Of a stretch of 64,000 nucleotides of DNA, positions 49,530 to 61,906 are shown one piece after another. The DNA is from Fimbriosthenelais zetlandica (lineage: Eukaryota). The position numbers and the translations under genes are program-made. Under the pieces are notes generated by a model, which saw nothing but the letters and a program-made list of their open reading frames with translations, had not been told where the DNA came from and searched no databases. Numbering within the stretch: position 1 is the first letter of the stretch; each line of letters starts with the position of its first letter. The stretch is taken from the NCBI GenBank assembly GCA_977030845.1, contig OZ365113.1, forward strand, positions 13,764,001 to 13,828,000, in the 5' to 3' direction.

Positions 49530-51658
49530 CTGCCATAGGGTCCAATGTTAAAAATTATTTAGCCCCCCAGGCCCCTCCCCGGCCCCGAACCTCAACCTCC
49601 ACTCTCATGTCTACCCCCGCCACCGACCCCAACTCCCTCCCAAAAATTCAGCCTGATTCGAAATGGTTAACCTGTTTAAATCCTTTGGATTGTGCAAAAG
49701 TGTCCCCTCCATAGGCTCAATGTTAAAAATCACTCACGATTACAGGAATGTGTGCTACAGAGCCGGTTTGCCAGTCCACTCCAATCGGATTTTTCTCTAC
49801 CTAATACATATTATTTTCACTCAAGACCACGGTTATGTATAACTTATGACCTCTACTGATACATCTCAAAAGAGTGGAGACGAAAAACGAGGAAAAGTCC
49901 GATTTCTGCAAAAGTGACAAATCGGCCGAGCGTATACCGGCCTATAATTTGGCCTTTTAAAAACCTTAACAGCGCCCTCTCACTAAAAGTCGAAAAAGTT
50001 GAATAACTTTGTAAATAATGGGTCTAAAATTACAATTCAAACGGATTATTCTTAGTTGGAAGCACCTCCAGGTATCTATGTGATTTTTGTGCAACTGAAA
50101 TTAATTTAAAATTTCGATTTTTGAAAATGGTGCCAATTTGAGGCTTTAGCATTGGACTCTATGGAAGGACAAGCCAGCGCGAATGAAGCGACCCGAAAGC
50201 GGCAGAAAGGTGAACTACTCTACTATGATCTACCCAACGCACCGAGAAAGGAGTAGAGAGCTTTGCCGAGATCATAATAGCCTACTGTAGTTCACCGTTT
50301 CGCCGCTGTATGTCACAAGGCCTATACCTGGGCTTGGCGTTCGTTCACTATTTCCCATAAATATCACAAGGCCTTATATACCCATGCTAGGCGTTCCTTC
50401 ACTATTTCCCATACATAGGCCTATCATCAGGCCTATACCCTTGCTAGGCGCTCCTTCACTATTTCCCATAGGCCTACATATCACAAGGCCTATATACCCT
50501 TGCTAGGCGTTCCTTCACTATATTTACCATAAATATCACAAGGCCTATATCCTTGCTGGGTGTTCCTTCACTTTCATTCAGACTATGCTGGCTGTAGCCA
50601 AGCCTCGTCCTCCCAGCGAATAGCCTCACCGGGACAGATACTCCGTCTATGCTGGCTGGCGCATAGTAGTTCACGTTTCCGCCGTTCACGGGTCGCCACT
50701 GGCGCTCAGGCGCCTCCTTCCATTGACTCCAATGCTAATTGAAGAAATTCAGTCCATTTTGAAAATCTAAAATTTTAAATGAAATTTATCGGAACAAAAA
50801 CCATATAGATATCTGAAGGGTCTCCTAACTAAGAATAATCCGTTTGAATTGTAATTTTAGACCAATTAATTACGAAGTTATTCAACTTTTTCGACATTTA
50901 GTGAGAGGGCGCTGTTAAGGTTTTTAAAAGGCCAAATTATAGGCCTGTATACGCACAGCCGATTTGTCAACTTCGCAAAAATCGGTATTATCTTCGTTTT
51001 ACGTCTCTGCCCTTTTGATATTTATCAGTAGAGGTAATAAGTCATACATAGCCGTGGTTTTGAGTGAAAATAACACATATTAAGTATGGAAAGAGCCGAT
51101 TGGAGTGGACTGGCAAACCGGCTCTGTGGCACACATTCCTGTAATCGTGAGTGATTTTTAACATTGCGCCTATGGAGCGTGCACTTTTACGGAAAACAAG
51201 GAATTTAGACAGGTTAGAGGCAATGGATCAGGCTGAATTTTTGGGAGGGTGTTGGGGTGTGTACTGGGGGTAGACATGGAGGTTGGGGCGGGGGTTGGGG
51301 GCCGGGGAGGGGTCCGGGGGGCTAGAGAATTTTTAACATTGGCGCCTATGGACAGTACCTACACAGTGGGCTATTCCAAGGGATTATGACCGGTTAGCCG
51401 TTTCAAATCGGGCTGGGGGTTTTAGAGTGAGTTTATAGCAGTGCTAGGGATAGACATGGGGTTGTGGTTGGAGGTTCGGGGAAGGGGAAGGGGGCCGGGG
51501 GTCAAAATAATTATAAACGTTGTGATTCTGCCTTGCACTGGGCAGGGTGTAACGCATGACCTGAGAGCTGCAATGAATGTGTGAGCCAGGTAGCTTAGAG
51601 GTAAGCCACTGGCCTGGAACGCGGAAGATCGGGGGTTCGATTCCACCTCTTTTAAATG
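49530..51658. mobile_element. Foldback-type element copy 2, inverted relative to copy 1
   Basis: 50000-51658 is the near-identical reverse complement of 37618-39300; the 49530-49950 arm is more diverged. Confidence 0.85.
51583..51653 (+). ncRNA. tRNA-derived Pol III-like unit, mirror copy
   Basis: gagccaggtagcttagaggtaagccactggcctggaacgcggaagatcgggggttcgattccacctctttt. Confidence 0.6.
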
Positions 51659-51664
51659 TAGCAT

Positions 51665-51990
51665 AGAATGGGGCTGAATTTTTGGGAGGGAGTTGGTGAG
51701 GGTGCCGGGGTCCGGGGGGCTAAATAAATTTTACCGTTGGAGCCTATGGACAGTACCTACACAGTGGGCATTCTAAGGGATTTTTACATGTTAGCCGTTT
51801 CGAGTAATGCTTGTATTTTTGGAGTGAGTTGATGGGAGTGCTGGGGGTAGGCTAAACATGGGGGTGGTGGTGGAGGTTGGGGCCAGGGGAGGTGTCCGGG
51901 GGGGGGGGGGGGGGGAGCACATAATTCTGATTTAGCCTTGTCCTGGGCCTTTCAGGCTAAATCGTATCTAGGCCTACTACTGCCGTTACC
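51665..51990. repeat. Additional degenerate arm module (two subrepeats) outside copy 2
   Basis: ggctgaatttttgggaggg...ctatggacagtacctacacagtgggc matches 51233-51400. Confidence 0.75.
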
Positions 51991-51993
51991 TGT

Positions 51994-52069
51994 GAGCCAG
52001 GTAGTCCAGAGGTAAGACACTGGCCCGCAACGTCAGCGGCTGGGGTTCAATTTTAGGTTCACCTTTTTT
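51994..52069 (+). ncRNA. Degenerate tRNA-like unit
   Basis: gagccaggtagtccagaggtaagac; intact anticodon-like stem CTGGC/GTCAG with loop CCGCAAC; degenerate B box ggttcaatt; T6 run. Confidence 0.45.
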
Positions 52070-52120
52070 CTGCTCCATGGGTCGCTAGGCCTACACATTT
52101 CTATAACATTGTATCATATC

Positions 52121-52200
52121 AAAAGGGATTTACAAGACGGGGAATCGAACCCCGGTCTCTCGCGTTGTAGTCAACATGTCTTAGGCCTACCTCTAAATAT
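52121..52200 (-). ncRNA. tRNA-like unit whose 3' half resembles eukaryotic tRNA-Asp/Gly (AACGCGAGAGACCGGGGTTCGATTCCCCG)
   Basis: Perfect T-arm CGGGG-TTCGATT-CCCCG; D region interrupted by an aggcct insertion; TTTT downstream. Confidence 0.55.
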
Positions 52201-55200
52201 CCGAATATCCCTTCAGTGCCCATCAAGGTTTGCAAACCTCCCGTCCCTGGCCCCCTGAAGCTTTGTGATCATTGAAGCGTTGACAAATTTACACACGAAT
52301 CAATGTGCACATATTCGCTATAGGCGCCTTGTATGAAGAATTTCACAGTGCATGTTTTCCATTGTATTATTCTAGCATATCTTATAGTTGATCGCTATCG
52401 AAATGAATTCATCAGATTAAAAAACAAATTGTTTTTTTTTTTACTAGATCGCAATTTTATTCGCATAATATATAATAGATAGGTGAAAACGGAACACAGG
52501 CACCGATAGAACAGGAACCTACTATACTATCTACAGCTGCAGAGAAAAAAGTACCTCCAATACCCTCAAAATAATTAGAGCCGCGACCAAGACAGTAGGC
52601 CTAATGGAAGTAGTGTGTGTTGACTATACGATCTAGACTCACACCGACACACACATCACCCTTCATACATTGATTTCCATAACCGACTGTAAAATAGTTT
52701 TTTAATACTTGTATGTTTTACTGAAAAATATTTTTTTTTTTATATAAATCAGTCATAACCTAAAAAAGAGACTAGATCTAGACTTTTCTCAAATAATTAT
52801 GTTCAAGTCATTGGGACACAATGAAAAATAAGTGTTGTATATCTCAGCCATGGAGACGAATTATAATTTCCCTGGGGAAAGTATAAATGTTAAAAGACCA
52901 AAATATATCAAACCCAGGTTGACATAAAAATAAAGGATTGTATAAAATTGCTAGATCGATTCGGAAAAGGGAGATAACAAATATATAGGAATACAACACG
53001 TAAAATATAATTAATCATTCACAAAATATCTGGACATATACAGAACCAAATCTCAGAAATTAGCTGAGAGGATAAATTAAAAACTGGAGTGAATGAAATT
53101 TAAAATACAGGTGTTAAAATTCATATTAGATCATTGTGGTGAAGTCACTGTGTACCAGTGTATTTTTTCAGCCTACAGGCGAGCGAAACTATTTGTTTTG
53201 GCACAAGCTATTTTCTATCAATGTAGAACTTTGGTAAAGATGTGAGCATTACTTGATTAAAACATTATACGCGTACATATTTTACAAACGTAGTTTTGGT
53301 CGTTTTACAAGATCATAAACTCATGATTTTAAGAGTGGATAAAACATACATAATTAGCGCAATATGCATTTCATATTTTCCATACATTGAACAATTTATA
53401 TTATAATGTATACATTAAGTTATTATTTATCCTGTACCACGCATAAAGCCATTATGTGATTTTCAAAGAAACCCTTCAAACCTACCGTTATTAATATTAC
53501 ATTTCACTTCACGTGAAGATTTAGCATTCTTATAAATTACATTGTGTTGATTCGCTAATGGATGCCTATGAATTATCTCCACTGAAATTCCATATTATAC
53601 ATGATTATGCAATGATAATTCTTCGATATGTTTCTCCCACCTCTTAAACATTGTAATGACTGAATGTTGACAATCTGACAATTTACGAGGTACTAGGTGG
53701 GAACTAATAATTTCCACTGGAAATTCCGGTCTAGGTCAGAGACCCTAACACCCTATTGAAATAGCGATTCGTAGTTCCACTACATTTCCATTTAATCACT
53801 TTTTCGAAAGCAAACATTTTCCAAAGCAAAACATTTAATAAAACAGTTTAGCACAATTCGGACACGATCTGATGATTGAATACAAAACAAAAACATTGCA
53901 GAACATAGGTAAAAGATCGATTATACAACAATAATTATAGTGAGACATTGAAATTGAGGACCAAATTTTCAGTGATCTTCATGATACATTACATGAATTA
54001 AATTAAAACCTGCTGTTAAATAATTTAGATAGCAATCAAACCATCTGAGGCTGAACAAAATGCAATTTTTATCACAGTTCTATCCTTTCCAATAAAGAGT
54101 CAAGATTGGGACCGAGTGTAACAATTTGTAACGATTGGAATGAAACATCTAGATTAAATATTCAGGCTTATTATAACTTACACCTGTTACTTATTAAAAC
54201 TTTGAAGAGACTAGGTACAGTTACTACATAAAATCATTACCCAATAGGGCCAGAAAAATTTCTGTATAATGTTTTGAAATCTACAATGTATTATCATACC
54301 TGATAATAATTCAGATAAATCATAAATTTCTCGATAATAGAATTATGACACTTAACTAACAGTAAGGAAAATTCCCAACTATCGTCTATGAGAGAAACAT
54401 TTGTAAGTTTTAGGATCATCTTAAACATACTTGTATTAAATAATTAGGCGTCCCAATTATATTTGGGATGGGATATTGAAAATCTAGCGAAAATACAGCT
54501 AGCCATAAGAAGTCATCTTATGCAAAATAAAAACAACATGATGGGAAAATAATTCTTGACCAGAAAATAAAATAATCATAATGAAGTATCAACCAAAAAT
54601 CTAGCAAACCCTTCTTTCACAGAAGTGATACACGGTATTCTTCAATTTACCTTTGTTACCAAATACCTTTGGTTCATCCCAGTAGTTATAATTAATATAT
54701 TCTGTAAGTTTTGAATTCCTATCTATAAATGAGTGGAAAGCATGTCATATTTAACAATCCATTAGGCCGATTGCACCATCTGGCGAGAGTTGTGTGAACC
54801 CTCGTCAGTACCCTCGCCTGCTTAGTGCTATATTATAAAACTTTGAACGTAATATTTTCCATCTTATTTTTCACCTTTTCTGTCAACAGAGAAATATATG
54901 AATAAATCTACATTCAAACAATAAATAATTATAAGTTGTGTTGTAAAACCAGATTATTTCAAGCTGTGAGTAAATTAACCTCCAAGATTTTTCAGAGTCA
55001 CGACAGCAACAACAGTGTTGGACAAAAGTGTTAGAAACGTACCTCTGTAGGGACATATTATGTTCACATTGAAAAAATTATTTAACATCAAGTGCATGTG
55101 AATCATAATCAATTATAGCTACCTATGTGGGACGTCTATTTAAGAATTGCATATATATATTTTAGTATAATCTTTAATATTCTAGAATTTTTAAACAATT

Positions 55201-56448
55201 CATTGAATTATATAAACTCCAAGGGACCCTGTTCCTTGGGATACAGCTACTCTTGATTTCTTAAATCATTTAGCTGCTTTCAAAAGCGCGAGTCGAGCAA
55301 ACATGAGAAGCATAGTTGACGATAAAGCTCTAATAGAGATCTATGTTGTCTATATCATACCAGTATTACCCCAAGTTATATATTATGTACATCGCAAAAG
55401 ACTGATAATCATATTTCTTAAAGTAACCTGGAAAGAAAATTTAAAGTAAAACCAATTTTAGAATATCTGAACAATCCGAGCCAGCTTGTATTAGATCTTT
55501 TAGGGTGGTATCAGGTCAGTTCAGTTTTGTGAACACAATAGAAATTTGACTGAGACATGATAAAGCACCTGTTAACTGAACAATACCTGTACATTCAAAA
55601 TCTACCCGGTTTATATGACACTCATTCAACATATCACCCAGGATACATTTAACTCTTGTATTAGAAATAACCAGAAATGAGAAAAGTCCAACTGAAAATA
55701 TTTGTGATCATATTCAACACATCAACAGCAGACTTAAGATCCATATTTGAATACGTTTCAAACTTCCAGACAATTCAGTACTCCAGAATAAAGATGAATT
55801 TTCTCATGTACGACCCTTAAAGGAAATAAAGCTGTAAGCTTATGGGGAGATAGGCTGTATTCATGGGCGTTTTTGATAACTTTAACAACAAATATACGAG
55901 AAAGCATTTCACAGCCAGAACTCTGGAGCAAAACTATACAAAATGTCATAACTCAAACTGTATCTCTCCCAGAGCATTGTAACTTCAAGTCTCGTTTGAA
56001 TTGTCAAAATAAAGTCTTTCACCTTGACGATATTAATCTTCAAGCCTCCGTAGCTAATCAAGGGAAACAAAATATCCTGTTACGTTTTACAGACCATCTC
56101 CATCAAGTTGAAGGTCTTCACGGAAAAAATGGCTTAGGATCATTCTTAGTGTCGCCGAATTAAAATAGAAGTAACATCACACTGTCGCTATGATTTGAGG
56201 ATCACAGAAGATCTTTTAGTAGTAATAGAAGTAGTTGTATCAGAGCCTGCCAAGGTGTGAGACAAAGTACCTGGGCCGGCCATGGTCCGCCATAGCAAAT
56301 GGAATTGCAACGAATTGACAACTGTAATGAAGAGTTGGGGTTACCCGATTGTGCAAGTATTGAAGCCCAGGCGGCGGTAGTCTTTTGGATCCTGGCAGGC
56401 CCTGAGTGAGAGTGGGAGAAGGTAAGGGAGCAGGTACCTCCTCATCTT

Positions 56449-56561
56449 CTATCTCATCTTTTTATTGTTGTTGAAAGTACCAGTAGTCTCCGAAGAGTCT
56501 GGATCATCAGGGATGACTGTATTAAACGGGTAGTCCCATAGTTTGCTGGATATTCCAAAAC
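56449..56561 (-). CDS. FA2H: FA2H last coding exon (FGISSKLWDYPFNT...KKMR*)
   Basis: ccgtatag acceptor; TAG stop at 56451-56449. Confidence 0.92.
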
Positions 56562-58794
56562 CTATACGGCAATTAAACATAGATCAAAACATGTACGAGT
56601 ATGGATATGCAGGCTATGACATCCATTATTTAATTTATCAATTTTTTTAAGTGGATATAGCAGGCCTAAATATAAACTGTTTATAAGTGTAGAAAATAGT
56701 CCGAGGGTGAGGCCTCTTAGAGATTTAGAAGTCTTAGGCCAATGGTGAAGATTAAAAGGTACCAACGTGTGTCGCTTAAGTCTCAAAGGTTGTCGCTTAA
56801 GTCAATTAAGACATCAAGGAATTAAAAATGGTGGAGAAACCAACCTTTTTTCTGATCAGTGAAGTGATGTTTGACATGGTAGGACTTGAGGCGTTTAAAG
56901 TAGTTTGAAGGCGGCTTGCCATGGTGTAGAAAATAGTGTGTGAGATCATAGCAAACATAGCCCAGGAGGACGCCCGACAAGACGATCTGAAAACAAGTCA
57001 ACCGTCAGTCAAAAAATAACCAAACTCCAGCCAATGTTACTTCCTAAAATATTCCATTTAAAACTTTTTATATTTGATTTCATATTATCACTATAGAACA
57101 CTCTATTATACACAGGAAAATATTATCGAGCGGAGATAAATATATTCCAGATGATATTGAGGAAAGCCAAAGGACAGACATTCTGCAAAGGATAAAAATG
57201 TAGAAAAATGTACAATACCTGAGCTATTGGTCTTGGGAGAGTTAACATCAATAAGGCCCAAAACGTAATAGCAAATCCCGATGCGGGAACAGGTGGGAAC
57301 ACAAGGCGACCTTTGTCAAATGGTGCCTGAAATAAAATAATTTAGTACATACATCGAACTTACCCAGCATTTCATCAAATATTCATCTAGTTTTGGATTT
57401 ATTGACATCTCAAGGGACCTTTAGGGGGATAATGTTGATAAAGTATAGAACCAATTAACCAATGCCATTAGGTCTAGACAATTTTAAAGGGTCCAAAAAA
57501 GTTAATTTTTGAGACTTATACCTATACCAAGAGTAGTAGAGTAACTCTTGTCTATACCTTATGATGTTGCCCATGTAGGATGAAGTGTGCAGTAATAAGG
57601 AAGGGAGAGTTCGGGGGAGGGTCGAGGTGGAATAACCAACGATGGACGGTATACTCAAGGAACGTCCACAGCACCAAACCACCGAGGAAAAGTGTGGTGG
57701 TGACCAGCAGCACCGAGGATCCAGATCCTAAACAAGATCACATTTATTATACATATATGTCAGTCACATTTAATTCTACAGGTCCACAGACCATTGGTTC
57801 ATGATTACATGATGGATGATTTTAGCGTGCACCAATAATTTTCTTGATGCAGAATTCTGGAGCTGACCTCTGCTACCTAGATTGACCGGTGGAGGCCGGA
57901 CTCAAACCATACACGTTCATGTATTTTGGATTTGTATGAACATGTGTTATTTTCCAGACATTTAAGATCATTTTGTATTTAATAAAAGGAATTTGAAAAA
58001 TTACCTCCTGTGAAAATATAGATTGAATAAAAAAAAAAGAGTTTGCAAATTACCTGGCTGGAAGCCTAGCCAGGTGAGCAGCGTGGACCACCAGGACATC
58101 TGGTTCCAGATCAGTGGGTCAGTCTTCAAGTTTCTAATACCGAACAAGAGGAAGGTAGTAACTATGGGAAGCCAGAGGAGTGGGATGACCCACCAGGGTG
58201 TCTCCGAGAAGAACTCACAGAAGTCCGAGTAGAAGAGGCGGATATGACGGTCCACCGGAGAGTGCACCCACTCAGAGTAGTTCTTACCCAGCTTACCCAC
58301 CTGCCAGAAGATGGGCTTGTTCCAGTCCACAATCTCATCCTGCAAAATTAAATTTGTTCATACTTCAAAAATATGAGAGAGCGCCAGAGGGAAATGCTAG
58401 AGCAGAAAAAAGTAGTAGAAACACCATAAATAGTGTTTAGGTGGATCTTGAATTAAAATTTGAACATTTGAAAATTTTCATTCTAATAGAAGAACATAAT
58501 ATTCAATACATAATATTTGACTGAGAAGGGTGGAATGTCCTGGGCAGAATTATGGCTGACATAGAATTTATTTACGTACTTTCTTTACTTCTACATATAC
58601 ACTGTTCAATAAAGATCTAGTGAAATCAGAGTGAGAATGGTGCTTACCTCCCTCCATCCATTCATGGAGTGACCACCTGTATGGACCTCATCTCGTGTGG
58701 TACCGGTACCGGGTGGTGAGCTGTACTGGTCACTAGTGGCTGGACCTACTGGTCTATGATCAGACACGCTGCTACCATTCTGAGCCGTGAAGTG
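56449..58794 (-). CDS. FA2H: Fatty acid 2-hydroxylase (sphingolipid alpha-hydroxylase); visible span, N-terminus unresolved
   Basis: Six phase-compatible exons: DEIVDWNKPIFWQVGKLG..WVHSPV; LWTFLEYTVHRWLFH..HFILHGQHHK; APFDKGRLVFPPVPAS; GYVCYDLTHYFLHHG..YHVKHHF; GFGISSKLWDYPF. All His boxes of the FA2H family are present. Confidence 0.95.
56845..56986 (-). CDS. FA2H: FA2H exon (IVLSGVLLGYVCYDLTHYFLHHG...HVKHHFTDQKK)
   Basis: ttgttttcag acceptor, G|gttggt donor; His boxes 3 and 4. Confidence 0.95.
57219..57326 (-). CDS. FA2H: FA2H exon (APFDKGRLVFPPVPAS...PIAQ)
   Basis: ttatttcag acceptor, CAG|gtattg donor. Confidence 0.95.
57558..57727 (-). CDS. FA2H: FA2H exon (SGSSVLLVTTLFLGGLVLWTFLEYTVHRWLFH...HGQHHK)
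   Basis: ttgtttag acceptor, AAG|gtatag donor, phase 1-0; His boxes 1 and 2. Confidence 0.95.
58054..58339 (-). CDS. FA2H: FA2H exon (DEIVDWNKP...WLGFQP)
   Basis: Within ORF 58001-58345; ttttgcag acceptor, G|gtaatt donor, phase 0-1. Confidence 0.93.
58648..58794 (-). CDS. FA2H: FA2H linker exon (HFTAQNGSSVS...HSMNGWRE)
   Basis: GAG|gtaagc donor in phase 0 with the next exon; open frame; acceptor tctgtccatccag (5' boundary less certain). Confidence 0.65.
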
Positions 58795-60787
58795 CTGGAT
58801 GGACAGATATCAATATCAACATGTAGGCTATTATAGTGCTGACAGGAGGACATATCAATATCAAATATCAGTATACATGATGTATTAGATGTGCGCAAGT
58901 CTTTGATTTTTTTATTTTGTTAAAAACTAACTAATGATGAGACCTTTGGTATGAGTGGGACGAGTGGGATAAGAGGAGGGGATTTTCTGTCATAGGGACG
59001 AGCGCTCGTCTAATGATGTACATGTACATAACATAGTGAAACCCGAATCATTACAAGCATGTGATAAGGCGGGGTAGGGGTATCATAAACCTATTGCTCG
59101 CCAATTCTGGCGCAGAAATGAATTCTGCTCGCCAAGAAAGATGTTGGCGAGCAGTCGACAAGCCGAATTTGCGTGCCTTGCATAAACCCATCGCTGGCGA
59201 ATTCTAGCTCAGCAAAATAAGGCCAAATCCTATTTGGCGTTGGAGAAACCCATCGCAAAAATAGAGACATTGGACGATTTGACGATGTTTTTACACACAA
59301 TTCCGTTTTTTACACAAAATCTCAATTGACATTAGTATATTTCGCTTTTTCTGTTGAGTAAAACATCTGTATAAGCAACAAACAAACGCTTTTTCACCAA
59401 ATAATAATGGTCTATTTTACCAAGAAAACAGGAAACTCCATAAATGATAAACTTCATATAGTATGTAGACCTCTACAAAATTTCGCAGATATTTGCACTA
59501 TTTAGGTATATAGGCGTTATCACATACATAAAATTCGACCCCAGACCTAAAAAAACAGCCATTTCTGTGAATTCCATTCAACTTAAGTATTCCGTTTTTG
59601 GGGGAAATTCAGCGAATTCCTAATTTTACGTGAATTAGGAATTTATTGGACAGCCAAACGAAACTAAACGAAAATAAATAGTAGAATGAGAGGCAAATAA
59701 CCATTTAATAATAACAATAATTCAAATACTTATGGTAGATATGGCTACACTCGACCTCTTTAGATAGCCTCAGTAACAGCTGCGTCTTTTAATATATTTT
59801 TATTTTACAAGTACAAGTGTTATTATTATTAAACTGAACCTACTATAGGCTAGTGGAAGTGTCAGTGGGTGTGGATATTTGTGTGCCACGTCTCTGACTT
59901 ATTAAACACCGTTATTTCTAGATGAATGCTTCCAATACCCGAGTGCAAGCCAAAGTATTGAACGCCAATATATATTGTGTAAAAAGAGAGTGTCATAAAA
60001 CATATTAAAAAAATTCCACTCAATTCCGTCTATTTCTATCGGGTTGTTAACTGAAACAATTTTAACCACTGAATTGTCAGGAAATGTTCTATTTTTTTAA
60101 CTTGATAATAATTTAATAATATTTAAAGTATTTTGCTCGTGACGTTTTACAAGCATAAGGCACCAGATTGAGGACAGGAACACAGGTAAAATCCAACTAC
60201 TGTGTACTTGGGGCTCAAAAACCAATACTTGCTCAGTGCATGGACTATGGGGCCAAGTGTGTCAGGTAAATAAGGGAGTAGACTCTCGCTAGGGTATACG
60301 TGTATTCTCATAGAAACAGGGTTCAGCGACAGGACCTTCATGAAATTAAAGGATTCCAAATTCCCAGAGATGAGCTCTGAACTTTAAATACAGCGAAATC
60401 AAGTGCATGTCTCGTACCGCATTTCGACAGTCTATATTGATGGTAAATATAAAATAAAATGTAATCTATAACCGGTCCAAAGTGGCATGATGGAAGAGAC
60501 ACATTTTCATATATTTCCCCATTTGGTAGCAACATACTATAGTAGATTTTCTTAACTTTATTAATGATAAAATAAAAAAAACTCCATATGGTTTTCTTGG
60601 CAACTCGCTCTTTTGTGGTAGTGCTGAGTGTATTATTTAAAATTCCCATTTTTTGTAAATATTCTCATGGTTGCTCACCTAGAGCACAAACTAACCCATT
60701 GCTTCAACGCCTTCCCGCATCAGCTGGAGGAGACACCAGGGTAAATATTGTACAGTGTGTTTGCACATCCCTGTGTCGAGGTGAGAG

Positions 60788-61003
60788 GGCGGGGGGGGGG
60801 GGGGGGGGAGGGGAGGTAGAAGGGTGGGTGAGTGGCATTAAGGATGGGATGAGGGAAACTAAATTTCATGAATGGTAAATTTTTATTTTTTATGTCCGGT
60901 ATTGATGGGAGAGGGAAGAGCACATATTAGATATGAGTAGTTTGACAGAATTAGCGGCCGAGAGGCGGGGGGCGGGGGGGCGGGGGGGCGGGGGGGGGGG
61001 GGG
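60788..61003 (+). repeat. G-rich tracts with G-quadruplex potential
   Basis: Poly-G at 60791-60808 and (GGGGGGC)n at 60966-61003. Confidence 0.7.
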
Positions 61004-61906
61004 CTTGCTTATATATATGTGTTAATGTGCATAGTGATAGGTGGGGGCAGGGTGGGTGTTGGGAGGGCGGGTATATTGGGACGCAGGATGGGCCGGTGTG
61101 GGTGGGATATGTGGGTGTGGCTGAACTACACGTGTGCAGGCTGGCATGGGGAGTTGAATTAAATGGGTTTTATTGAAATCCAACAGGTTAGCAGCGAAAT
61201 AATTATTATCTCCTTCAACTTGTCCCTAGCTGTATAAAAACAAGGTAATCCATTACTAGTTTTTTCGTTAGCAGGTCGAAATTTAGAAATAAAACATCAT
61301 AAATGTAATTATTAATATGAGCACTCGGAGTGAAGAAAGCTCTGGACATTCACCGGCACAGTCCTCATTTGGTGGCGGATGGAGGCATATAGGTTCATGA
61401 CACTGTTCACACGAGAGGCTGGTAGAGGATTAACCCGTATAACGACATCAATAACCATCCGGCCGCCTGGGTCAGTGGGACTGACCCTTAAGGGCCACAA
61501 TTGCTGATTATTCTTACATATGTACATGTACAGGAAGCTCAAACTCAAATAATGGTGGTTTAACGCCTCAAACTCAATTATATACGGATGCTGATTATTA
61601 AATATATATGAATATAAAATGATATTTATTGCATATAAGCTGAAGGAAATTGCAAGATACATGCATCCTACTTTTCTTGGTTTATCGCCTATAATATTTA
61701 TTGTGTCCCCTATTCAAACACATTATAATATAATACCATAGGGCAATTCAATTTAGAACAAAGACTTTAAATTATGCCAGATGCTATGTTGCTGACATTA
61801 TACATAAGGCCACTGTATATACTCAGCAGTCCTTTTCTTGAGCCTGGGCACCGGTGTAACGATTTCAGTTTCCGACCTATTCAAATTCAACTTCCCCCCT
61901 AAAACT

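Noticed and set aside
37600-51680. A single recent composite transposon insertion with a target-site duplication
   Set aside because: Flanks (gcgaaaaatt versus tagcatagaa) share no duplication, and further degenerate modules extend beyond both ends, so the true termini are unresolved
37623-52200. Calling the tRNA-like units functional tRNA genes
   Set aside because: Acceptor stems cannot form, anticodon arms are mostly mispaired, and one has an insertion in the D region
57183-57218. Extra FA2H exon after a 36-nt intron (cctttgcag|aatgtc...)
   Set aside because: Intron implausibly short; the peptide is not FA2H-like and hits a stop; 57219 joins 56986 correctly without it
60147-60382. - strand ORF (ELISGNLESFNFMKVL...GALCL*) as an exon of FA2H or another gene
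   Set aside because: No recognisable family, ends in a stop without a donor, and no compatible neighbouring exons
61312-61662. ORF with DPGG as the missing FA2H cytochrome b5 exon
   Set aside because: The heme-ligand His is absent (DPGG), spacing to the next HS is about 47 aa instead of about 25, and there is no phase-0 donor
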